NCBI RefSeq assembly: GCF_036321535.1
Contig: NC_087436.1
Coordinates: 19,594,001 to 19,658,000 of the forward strand
Direction: 5' to 3'
Length of the DNA stretch: 64,000 nt
Origin: Camelus dromedarius
Lineage: Eukaryota
How positions within the stretch are numbered: the first letter of the stretch is position 1; each line of letters opens with the position of its first letter. Of this stretch, positions 24,291-35,690 are shown piece by piece. The translations under genes and the position numbers were made by a program. The notes under the pieces are model-generated. The model was not told the origin of the DNA and made no database searches. It worked only from the letters and a program-made list of their open reading frames with translations.

Positions 24291-26840
24291 CGCAGGAGGC
24301 ACTCTTTACGCGGCGATGTATATATGTACAGGATTGTACAGACACACTGTTCCGAAGACTTGTATTTGTGAATGTTGCTTCGATGCATATTTTATTTTTT
24401 TACACAAAAATATGATATAACTGTTTAAGTGCCTTAAAATGTACTTGACGAGAGCGTTATTCACAAGACCTACTTTGTGGGTTCCTGCCAGGGGTGGTAC
24501 AGTATTTTGGAGTTGTTTCTTTTTTTCTTTTTTTCCTAAGGCAGGAAATAGTCATCATAAGTGACAAAAAGCGAACATGCTTTCCTTGTACCACCTTCCG
24601 TGCAGTGCCGCTCTCCCCTAGTTACTGTATTGTTCGAAATGAGGTCACAGCATTAGGAAAATGCCCTTCTGGTGACAGTGAAAATTTCCAGAGTCTTATT
24701 CATGGATACTTTGATTCACCATGCGATTCTTTTTTCCTGCAACTGTGACATGCCTCTTCCTTATCAACCCAGCAGGGGTCATAGATTGGATAGATGCTGA
24801 AAAGCGTAAGCTATCTGCATTTCTTGACATCACTTTTTAAGACATTCCTTCAAATAGCTTCCACACAGAAATTCCTCAATTCCATTATAAGAGATTGCTA
24901 TATGTCTGAAATTTGTTATAAACTGCTTCACAGAAAGGGTCTGATGTTTGAGGTATGAGTTAACGTTATGAGTAAAGTTTTAAGATAAATTGCAGGATCT
25001 GGGTTTCAGGATTTTCAAGACTATATTTCAAATGTTTTTCCTTATTCTTCCATAATTTCTTTCTTACCTGTTTTCAAACACGCTTGCAAATTCGTAACAG
25101 CCAAATGTGAGACACAAAAATGTCACAGTCAGTTTGAGAGCAGCAACATTAGTGATGGATTATGTTCACAGCCCGCAACTGAGACCAGAGTGTTTCTCCT
25201 GTTACACGGAGGCGCTGAGTGTGATCTCCCCTCTAAGCCAGAAGCAGCCTGTTACGTACCTTGAATTAAGCACACTTAAGGCATTTGGGACAAGTTATTA
25301 AGGAGCATTTCCTTGGCGGATTTGACAAATGTTTGCAACACTTTCTTAAAAAATTAAATCACATCGCTCTCATGAAGAAATGAAAATATAAAGGTCATAG
25401 ATGCAAACAAATGTTACAGACACACATTCTGTCTAGCTAGATGGAACGAAAAATAGACACAGAAAATGCAAAACCATTCATGAACCAAAATATCAAGCCA
25501 AATTAGTTCCCAGTTGGGCATCAGCTTTCCACAGAGTATTCAATGTCTGCTTCTACTGTAGCTGGAAGAGCTTTCACGACCCAAATAGAGAGGGAACAAA
25601 AAAGCAATATATAGAAATAAGGGAACACTGTTTCCTGCACACCATTCTGTCACAGCCCGTCTACGTGTCTTTTCTTGATTTGACAGATGATATTGGCATC
25701 CCAGGTCACACGGAGGCCACCCCTACATCTTCAGCAGCTATTTTGTTGTTTTCTCGACAAAAAAAAAACCACATCTTAGAAACTTACGAAGTTTATCAGT
25801 AGCATAAATGCATATGATTACTCCCAGCTCTCATCTTGTGTTGCTTCTGACTTATTTCCATGTCATCGAGCCTCCTAAATCCCACAAGAGTTAGCCTCGG
25901 TGTAAGTTTGAAGGTGAGTGCCAGACCCTGCAAAAATCTCTGCTCAGCAGGCTTGTTTGTCATGAATTCCTATTGTCAGGATTTCACTTGCGTCTACAAC
26001 TACAGTAGGTTTGCTTGATTCTTCTGATACTTAACATATGGAGCACAGAACGGTGTTCATTTTTGTTCCTACAGGCTTCTTTGAATTTCAGAATAAATGG
26101 AATTGTCTGTCTGAGCTATCATAAAAATCTCCTCCCTAGCATTAGAATACTGATTGTTTTTCCCCCCCAACTTATCTACCTCTATTATCTGACACCTCCA
26201 GTAGGTGTGATTATGGGATAAAATTCAACCGAAAATGCTACAATGTTCTGTCTCTTGCTTTAAAACAATGTGTTTTGTTTTCAAATAATCTTCTTTACAT
26301 AGTGAATTTTGGTGGCTCTATTGATATGTTTATGCCTGTTTCTCTTTTTACACAAATACTGTGTGTATTTTTCCATAAAGAGCAAAAAAAAAATAAAATC
26401 AAAATTTATTTTTAATTCATGCTTACTGGGATTTAATTATTCATATCTCAAGACATGTCCTTATCTTTATGCACTATTTTATGCATTTGTTTTGTCTAAA
26501 TGTATTTATGAAAGAAATAGATTATATTTATGTTTGTTCATTTTTCCACCTGGATTTTTTATTTTTAAATGGTTGTTATGAAATTTGATTTTTTTGAATG
26601 GGTGTTCATGTTCATCTTTTCATATGCTCTTTTCTAAGTTTTAAAATTTTGTGGGTTTTTCTGTTGAATTCTTCCTTATTCTGGTTAAAAATAACACACC
26701 TCTGGCTAATGTTCAGTGTTTATTTATGCTAAATACCAAATTTTTTCAAAAGGGTTGGTGAAATAATGAAGTGGATTATTTATGATGAATGGAAGATAAA
26801 AATAATTCTGTGATTAAATAGAGATGTTTCAGAAATCACA
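24291..26840 (+). other. SLC10A7: SLC10A7 3'UTR (3' end uncertain)
   Basis: Repeat-poor, AU-rich sequence after the stop. Candidate poly(A) signals are AATAAA 26092-26097, AATAAA 26392-26397 and ATTAAA 26813-26818. Confidence 0.6.
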
Positions 26841-28853
26841 AGGGAACCTGTGGCTCATTTTTAACCTGAATTCAGATGCACGTGTAATGCCTTCCAGGCA
26901 TCTATAGCCTTCTCTTGATTCGTTCCGATCCTCTTCTATTATTTGTGGTTAACTGGACGTAAGTGTCATAATCTTCCCAAGTATCCATCTCAATAACTCC
27001 ACTCCACCATCATGATAGAATCCAGAACTAGCGCTTACTTGTTAGAGACTTTCTCTGCATCAGAGTTGAGGACCAAACTAGAAACATACCCAACAAAGGG
27101 GCAGAGTTTAGGTGATCTGAGTTTTAGCTACCCTTGTCAAATTTTTCAAGAATAGGAAAGATGAAACCTTAGAATGCAGAAGCTGTTTCCAAACCCAGAG
27201 TTTCCTGATGAGCAAGTTGCCTTGGGTAGAATTCCGTACCTTTCTGTTCTTGTTTTGCTGTCTTGGTTTAACAATCCTCTTCTCCCTGGAAGGCTGACAG
27301 GAATGTCGCCTCCTCCAGGAAGCTTTCCTGCTCCGCCAGCCAGTGCTAGACTTACACCCCAGGATGTGCCTTTAGAACAAGTCCCTCAAGTCTTCCAAAA
27401 GCTTTGCTTGTCTAGTCACTTGACAGTACTGTCTTCTTCAATGTAGCCCCCATTTCTGTTTTTCTCCTGTGCCTAGCACAGTGCCTGGCTCAGATTAGTA
27501 GAGAAAACAAAAAAGATTTTTCCAAATTGTGATCTTCATAGGTAGGACAGGAACCTTCATAATTATGAGAGAGCGTTTTCCAACATATAGATCATTACTA
27601 ATTTACAAGGAAAACTGACTTTTTTTTACTATGTATCCTGTGGGAAATGATGAAGCTGTGCTGTGCTGCTGAGAAAAAACATACATGGCTTCATAGCTGT
27701 GTAAATATTAGCTCTCCAAGCTGAGACTGCAGATGTGATATGCAGACAACCTTCATCTACACACTGATAGAACAATAAGCCCTCAATAATTCAGGCTGAA
27801 TCAGGTTAGGGTGATCTGAATTAGTGAATATTTTCTGTGTATAAAAAAAATAGCTTCCCTTATAGAAGTTTGGACATACCTATTATAAAGACTAGATACA
27901 AATTATTATGATTATCATAATACCATTGGTTTATGTAGATATACACAAAAGGTCGTATAAGCGTTTATTCTCTTTAGCAAACCAACTAATCTTATTTACA
28001 CGATAACACAGTTCCTCAAATGTGAGTACAATACTGACCTTTAAAGAGGAAAAAATTCTCAGATCCTGGAGAACTCATCTACAGAGCCAATTATGAGAAA
28101 CCATATTAAACATCAGATGTCATTCTAACGGTCAGTTGGTGCCAATGTGCTTGTACACAGGTGCCAGCAAGCGCGCTGAAGTCCAGGGCTGCGCTGAGTC
28201 CCAGAGGGTCTTCCAGATAATTCCCCACTGGCCTCTCCCTGCCCAGCCCTCTGGCATCTCAGACTCCACACTGTTCTCTGCTCCACCACCCACATGTGAA
28301 ATTCCCTTCCAGTCCCTTGATTTCTGCCAAAGTCTGGACACACTGAGTCTGGGGGAATAGACAAACTTAAAATGGGTTATTAGACATCCTGTTTCCTCGC
28401 ATCTCCAGCCACCTTCCCCCCTGGGGTTTCTCACTCACCCCCCTTCCCAGGAACCCCAGCCACCTGCCCTGTTACCCGGTACCTCCTCCCTCTTTCCTCC
28501 CTTCTCTCCCCAATCCCCAAGTTCACGGACCTTTAGTCACCTCTTTGTTTACTCTCTGACATCCTGAACTTGCCCCAGGGCTGATGGCTAGAAGCTTCCT
28601 CCTTCCCACTTCCCTCTCATTCAGCTAGCTCCCAAACTGGGTATGGGAGCGAGGCAGTATGGGGTTTCAGGCTTCAGGACCAGCTGTGCCGCAAACACTG
28701 GGGAGGTGATGAAAAAGGAGTATGTGACTCCTCTAGCTATACTAGAAAAACAGGCAAAGTTTAGGAATGGGTCATTTATACAAGTTGGATAATCAACATT
28801 TAAAAATTTTCAGTCTTACAGGGATCAGGAAATATACATTTAAATGAAATACT

Positions 28854-28959
28854 ATTTTTTTTCTTTAATTTTTTTTTCTTTTAGTGGAGGCACTGGGGAT
28901 TGAACCCAGGACCTCGTGAATGCTAACATGTGCTCTACCACTGAGCTATTTCCCTTCCC
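28854..28959 (-). mobile_element. tRNA-derived camelid SINE (Vic-1-like, short form)
   Basis: GGAGGCACTGGGGATTGAACCCAGGACCTCGTG...CTCTACCACTGAGCTA, preceded by a T-rich tail. Confidence 0.87.
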
Positions 28960-29489
28960 TCTTTGATCATCTTCAAATACTGACAAGAGTCTGGAGAGAG
29001 GATATGCGTGTCCTTCCAGCAGAAGCATAAATGAGAATGAGATTTCTGGAACACTAGTGGGCGTACCCTCAAAAGTTTAGCTATATGTGTTCTTCAACCC
29101 AGCTTTTTCCCTTCTAGGATTCCACCCTGCAGAAATAGGTAAGTGCCCAAGGAGCTATTGACAAGGATGTTTTTAGAGCATTGATAAGGCTGAAGGGCCA
29201 CCCAGATTCCCCAAATCAATGAAATGTTTAAACATTCAACAGTCCATTCTTATTATAGAACATCATTTAGCCTGTAAAAGAAATGAGGGTAGATGATCTT
29301 GTCATGACAGTATACAGTTGAGTGGGAGGAAAAATAAATTTCAGGAAAAAATATGCATTTTGTCATCCTATTTTTATAGATTTTTTCATTAGTTAAAATG
29401 TGTTACATGTATGTGGGGACGCTACATACACAAAAAATGTTTAGAAGGATAATTATAAGCAACATTGTTGGGCTTTTTCTTTACTACAT

Positions 29490-29600
29490 TGTCTCATCTA
29501 ACCCCCTCAAGAACGCTGTGAGGTAGGTAGTATTATCCCCATTTCACAGACGAGAAACTGAGTCCCAGACTAAGTGTCTTGCCAAGGCCACAAAATTAAC
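29490..29600 (-). mobile_element. MIR SINE
   Basis: GTGAGGTAGGTAGTATTATCCCCATTTCACAGACGAGAAACTGAG. Confidence 0.7.
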
Positions 29601-29899
29601 AAGCGGGCGCATTTCAATGACTCTGAGACTACGTAACAGTGGTGACTGCTAGGACCAGGAATGCAGAGAATTCATACTATTAATGGTACATTTTATCTGA
29701 ATCTCACTTTACAGGAGTTATAACAAGCATGAAGCACAAACTGGAGCTACCTCTGCTACTTCTTGAGCAAATGGCATAATTCATTTCTAAGCCTTGGCAC
29801 ATCTGTCAAGCAAAGCATCTTTTGGCTGAGGAAGATGAGCCTCTAAGCGCAAGCTGGGTGGCGGGGGAGGAGTGAGGCAGGACAAGGACAAGTCCCTTT

Positions 29900-30340
29900 C
29901 CACTTCATTGGGTGCCACCAGGGTCCTGGAGCAGTGCACTGTCCTTTCGCAGATCCTCTCTTCCCACCCACCCACCCCTTTAATGTTAATATTTCCAGGC
30001 ATCCTGGTCTCCGATCTTTCTTCCCACCCCACATGCTCTCCCCCGGGGAGCCTGTGGGCCATCCTGCAGCACCAGCCACCACTGTAACCCAGCCAGAGCT
30101 GCCAGCCCTGTAGCCCTGACATTTCCAATTGCATTTGGACATTCCATCCCACCACCACCCCACTTGGCATCCTTAAGGCACCCCTGACCCACATGCCCTG
30201 AAGGAAAAGTCAGTAACTTCTTTCCCTACACAAGATCCTTCCCAACCTGCTTCTTGTGTTGTCCATAGCAACCAGGCCTCCCCTCTGCCTTCCCATCTCA
30301 CTTTTCCTATTCAGCTAGTCACCCAATTTTCTTGATTCTC
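29900..30340 (+). mobile_element. L2 remnant
   Basis: CCAATTGCATTTGGACATTCC...CCACTTGGCATCCTTAAGGCACC with the pyrimidine-rich composition typical of L2. Confidence 0.5.
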
Positions 30341-30444
30341 TCCTTAATCTCTACCGTCTTTATCACTGCCGCTGGCATTTAGTGTTCTTTTTTCCTTCAG
30401 TCACCCTCTTTTCCAATCCAGGAAGCCCTCGCTAATATTCAGCA

Positions 30445-30630
30445 ATCACTTACCACATGTTGGAGGCTTTGCTCAATGCTTTACATGAATTATCCCATTT
30501 AATCCTTATGGCGATTTTTGACATTGGTATGATTATCCCCATTTTACAGATTATAAAGTAGAGGCTCTAAGAAAGTAAGTTCCAGATGCCAAAGCTTGTC
30601 AGTGGCAAAACCTGGATTTCTACCTGGCCG
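30445..30630 (-). mobile_element. MIR SINE
   Basis: TGCTTTACATGAATTATCCCATTTAATCCT...ATTATCCCCATTTTACAGAT. Confidence 0.7.
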
Positions 30631-31074
30631 GCACCTGTGTTTCCCTCCCCTTCTGCACTACTGACTTCGGATCCTCAGTTTCTGGCCAAATCCCCCCACC
30701 ACGGGGAAACATAGTCCTTGGTTTTCAGCTGTCTACTGAGTTTCTTCATTTGCTTATTTATCACCTATCAGGTTGTGCCAAATTATCTTTGTCCACATGT
30801 CCCTCCCCCTCTAAATGATTCATTCCTTCAGTGGGGAGCTTGTTTTGTTTATCTCCATGACCCTAATACCTAGCAGAATGCTTGCCTGCTAGCAGAAACC
30901 TCAACAAATGTTTGGTGAACAATTTTGGCCCTTAAAGCCCCCAGGTTGCTTTTCTGCTTCTGGAGGACAGACATCTACAGACCATAAAACATTATTTTGG
31001 GAGAGTGGCGTATGTCTCTTAATTATCTCTCAGTGAAAGGGAATCATCATATTAATCAATCTAGGAATGCTTTT

Positions 31075-34000
31075 TTTTTTTTAACATTTTTTATTGATTT
31101 ATAATCATTTTACAATGTTGTGTCAAATTCCAGTGTTCACAATTTTTCAGTTATTCATGGACATATACACACTCATTGTCACATTTTTTTCTCTGTGAGT
31201 TATCATAACATTTTGTGTATATTTCCCTGTGCTATACAGTGTAGTCTATTCTACAATTTTGAAATCCCAGTCTATCCCTTCCCACCCTCCACCCCCCTGG
31301 TAACCACAAGTCTGTATTCTCTGTCTGTGAGTCTATTTCTGTCCTTTATTTACGCTTTGTTTTTGTTTGTTTGTTTGTTTTTGTTTTTGTTTTTTAGATT
31401 CCACTTATGAGCGATCTCATATGGTATTTTTCTTTCTCTTTCTGGCTTACTTCACTTAGAATGACATTCTCCAGGAGCATCCATGTTGCTGCAAATGGCA
31501 TTATGTTGTCGGTTTTTATGGCTGAGTAGTGTTCCATTGTATAAATATACCACCTCTTCTTTATCCAGTCACCTGTTGATGGACATTTAGGCTGTTTCCA
31601 TGTTTTGGCTATTGTAAATAGTGCTGCTATGAACACTGGGGTGCAGGTGTCATCCTGAAGTAGATTTCCTTCTGGATACAAGCCCAGGAGTGGGATTCCT
31701 GGGTCATATGGTAAGTCTATTCCTAGTCTTTTGAGGAATCTCCACACTGTTTTCCATAGTGGCTGCACCAAACTGCATTCCCACCAGCAGTATTAGGAGG
31801 GTTCCCCTTTCTCCACAGCCTCTCCAGCATTTGTCATTTGTGGATTTTTGAATGACGGCCATTCTGACTGGTGTGAGGTGATACCTCATTGTAGTTTTGA
31901 TTTGCATTTCTCTGATAATTAGTGATATTGAGCATTTTTTCATGTGCTTTTTGATCATTTGTATGTCTTCCTTGGAGAATTGCTTGTTTAGGTCTTCTGC
32001 CCATTTTTGGATTGGGTTGTTTATTTTTTTCTTATTGAGTCGTATGAGCTGCTTATATATTCTGGAGATCAAGCCTTTGTCGGTTTCACTTGCAAAAATT
32101 TTCTCCCATTCCGTAGGTTTTCTTCTTGTTTTATTTCTGGTTTCCTTTGCTGTGCAGAAGCTTGTAAGTTTCATTAGGTCCCATTTGTTTATTCTTGCTA
32201 TTTTTCTTCTAGGAGAAAATTTTTGAAATGTATGTCAGATAATGTTTTGCCTATGTTTTCCTCTAGGAGGTTTATTGTGTCTTGTCTTATGTTTAAGTCT
32301 TTAATCCATTTTGAGTTGATTTTTGTATATGGTGTAAGGGAGTGTTCTAGCTTCATTGTTTTACATGCTGCTGTCCAGTTTTCCCAACACCATTTGCTGA
32401 AGAGACTGTCTTTATTCCAATGTATATTCTTGCCTCCTTTGTCAAAGATGAGTTGGCCAAAAGTTTGTGGGTTCATTTCTGGGCTCTCTATTCTGTTCCG
32501 TTGGTCTATATGTCTGTTTTGGTACCAATACCATGCTGTCTTGATGACTGTAGCTCTATAGTATTGTCTGAAGTCTGGGAGAGTTATTCCTCCAGCCTCT
32601 TTCTTTCTCTTCAGTAATGCTTTGGCAATTCTAGGTCTTTGATGGTTCCATATGAATTTTATTATGATTTTTTCTAGTTCTGTGAAATATGTCCTGGGTA
32701 ATTGGATAGGGATTGCATTAAATCTGTAGATTGCCTTGGGCAGTGTGACCATTTTAACTATATTGATTCTTCCAATCCAAGAGCATGGAATATCTTTCCA
32801 TTTTTTAAAGTCTTCTTTAATTTCCTTCATCAATGGTTTATAGTTTTCTGTGTATAATTCTTTCACCTCCTTGGTTAGATTTATTCCCAGATATTTTATT
32901 ACTTTGGGTGCTATTTTAAAGGGGATTGTTTCTTTACTTTCTTCTTCTGTTGATTTATCGTTAGTGTAAAGAAATGCAACTGATTTTTGAACGTTAATTT
33001 TGTAACCTGCTACCTTGCTGAATTCTTCAATCAGCTCTAGTAGCTTTTGTGTGGACCTTTTAGGGTTTTCTACATATAGTAACATGTCATCAGCATATAA
33101 TGACACTTTTACCTCTTCTTTTCCAATTTGGATCCCTTTTATTTCTTTCTCTTGCCTGACTGCTGTGACTAGGACTTCCAGGACTATGTTGAATAGGAGT
33201 GGTGATAGTGGGCATCCTTGTCTTGTCCCAGATTTTAGTGGGAAGCTTTTGAGTTTTTCACCGTTGAGTACTATGCTGGCTGTAGGTTTGTCATATATAG
33301 CTTTTATTATGTTGAGATATGTTCCCTCTATACCCACTTTGGCGAGAGTTTTTATCATAAATGGGTGTTGAATTTTATCAAATGCTTTTTCTGCATCAAT
33401 TGAGATGATCACGTGGTTTTTGTCCTTTCTCTTGTTGATGTGATGTATTACACTGATTGATTTGCGTATGTTGACCCAGCCTTGTGTCCCTGGGATGAAC
33501 CCCACTTGGTCATGATGTATAATCTTTTTTATGTGTTGTTGGATTCTATTTGCTAAAATTTTGGTGAGGATTTTGGCGTCTATGTTCATCAGTGATATTG
33601 GCCTATAATTCTCTTTTTTTGTAGTGTCTTTGCCTGGTTTTGGTATCAGGGTGATGGTGGCTTCATAGAATGAGTTTGGGAGTATTCCCTCCTTTTCAAT
33701 CGTCTGGAAGAGTTTGAGAAGGACTGGTATGAGTTCTTCTTTGTATGTTTGGTAGAATTCCCCGGTGAAGCCGTCCGGTCCTGGATTTTTATTTGTAGGG
33801 AGGTTTTTAATTGCTATTTCTATTTCCTTTCTAGTGATCAGATTGTTCAAGTGTTCAGATTCTTCTTGATTCAGTTTTGGTGGACAGTATGTTTCCAGAA
33901 ACTTGTCCATCTCCTCTAGGTTATCCAGTTTGGTTCCATATAGTTTTTCATAATATTCTTGTATGATATTCTGTATTTCTATTTTGTTTGTTGTAATTTC

Positions 34001-34933
34001 TCCATTTTCCTTTCTTATTTTGCTAATTTGTGCTCTCTCTTTTTTCTTCTTTGTGAGTTTGGCCAGAGGTTTGTCGATTTTATTTACTTTTTCAAAAAAC
34101 CAGCTTTTGGTTTGGTTGATTTTTTCTATGGTCTTGTTAATCTCTATTGTATTTAATTCCTCTCTGATCTTTATTATTTCCTTCCTTCTGCTGCTTTTTG
34201 GGGCTTTTTGTTCTTCTTTTTCTAATTCATTCAGGTGGTGGGTTAAATTGTTTCTTTGAGATTGTTCTTCTTTTTTGAGGAAGGCCTGTATCGCTATAAA
34301 CTTCCCTCTTAGCACTGCCTTTGCTGTGTCCCATAGGTTTTGAGTGGTTGTGCTTTCATTATCATTTGTCTCAAGGTATTTTTTAATTTCATCTTTGATT
34401 TCCTCATTGAGCCATTGTTTTTTCAATAACATATTGTTTAATCTCCATGCTTTCCTTTTTTTCTCCTTTGTTTCTCTGTTGTTGATTTCCAGTTTCATGG
34501 CATTGTGGTCAGTAAAGATGCTTGAGATAATTTCTATCTTCTTAAAATTGTTGATGTTTCTTTTGTGCCCAAGTACATGATCGATCCTGGAAAATGTTCC
34601 ATGTGCACTTGAAAAGAAGGTATATCCTATTTATGGGGGGTGTAACTCTCTGAAAATATCCACCAAATCTAGTTTTTCTATTGTAGTATTTAATTTCTCT
34701 GTTGCCTTGTTTATTTTCTGTCTGGAAGATCTGTCTAGTGATGTTAATGCAGTGTTAAAATCTCCAACTATGATTGTATTCCCATCAATATCCCCCTTTA
34801 TCTCTGTTAGTAATTCTTGTATGTACTTAGGTGCTCCTATATTGGGTGCATATATATTAACGAGTGTAATATCCTCATCTTGTATCACTCCTTTAATCAT
34901 TATAAAATGTCCTTCTTTATCTTTCTTTATGGC
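31075..34933 (-). mobile_element. 5'-truncated young LINE-1: ORF2 from within the endonuclease domain through RT and Cys-rich domain, 3'UTR and poly(A)
   Basis: ORF2 pieces at 34631-34900, 32198-34498 (RT motif YADD), 31704-32174 and 31394-31771. Minus-strand AATAAA at 31095-31090, then the A-tail. TSD CTAGGAATGCTTTT at 31061-31074 and 34934-34947. Confidence 0.97.
31394..34932 (-). pseudogene. Disrupted L1 ORF2 (endonuclease/reverse transcriptase)
   Basis: N-terminus missing. In-frame TAA at 34633-34631, after which the frame continues [18 protein letters not shown]...TDHNAM. Frameshifts near 32200 and near 31795. Confidence 0.93.
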
Positions 34934-35389
34934 CTAGGAATGCTTTTGAAAGGACTTTTTTTCCCCTTCATGAAGACAATCAGTAAAAAAAGAAAAAAAT
35001 GATGACAATTTTGACCTCAGAGTGCTCAGACCCAGAGCATCTGAGGCCCAATCCCCCTCTAGGTACACATTTATTGTTGGGGCCATCTCCATAAGCATGC
35101 AAAAGTCCTGAGGTCAGGGTCAGGCACCCAGACTGAAAGGAAGGCGTGGCTTTTGGTCCCAGGCTAATCAAGCAGGCCCCGCCCCCCTGCCCCTCAACGG
35201 CATCCCATCTCCCACCTGCCCAGGGCAGAAATGCACCCTTGCGTGCTCTCCTGGACATTAACCATTCAGCCCCCAGTGCTAAGTCGGGATTGTCTGGATG
35301 AGAACACACCGGCAGATGAAAAAGAGAGCACTGGTCCAGAGAAAGTGGTCGAGGCAGGCCAGTTATTGTAAAGGCAGCCCTACACAGGG

Positions 35390-35690
35390 GCCTTTTACCT
35401 CTGGGTCACTGGTTCAAGTCCAGCTAGGCCTCGCCTGACAGAAAATCATTAGCAGCTCTGTGTCAGGCTGCCTGACAGATGGAAAATGAGTTTCTGTCTC
35501 CATCCAGCAGGCAAGTGTCCACATCACACTTGGCGCTAAGCAGCCCTGGACACTGTGGAGACAGAGTAGATGTCACGCGACAGCCGCCAGGGTCTCGATG
35601 GGTCTCTGAGGTCAGGCGAGCCTGCATCTCAACATTGTCTGCTCGAAGGGCCTGACAGCTCTCTCCTCTCACCCCTTTATGAGCACTTTA
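35390..35690 (+). mobile_element. LF-SINE (ancient tRNA-derived SINE) copy
   Basis: Colinear blocks match the recalled LF-SINE consensus: GCCTTTTACCTCTGGGTCACTGGTTCAAGTCCAGC (contains the B-box), TGACAGAAAATCATTA, AAATGAGTT, GTGTCCACATCACA, TTGGCGCTAA and the 3' end CCTTTATGAGCACT. Confidence 0.75.

Noticed and set aside
27540..28400. Possible old DNA-transposon remnant ending ...TTAGACATCCTGT
   Set aside because: Too degenerate to assign a family by eye.
32198..34498. 766-aa reverse transcriptase ORF as a novel or domesticated RT gene
   Set aside because: It is an ordinary L1 ORF2 fragment bounded by a nonsense codon and a frameshift, inside a TSD-flanked truncated L1.
31897..34937. Plus-strand hydrophobic ORFs (e.g. 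31897..32226, 33015..33371)
   Set aside because: Antisense shadows of L1 ORF2.
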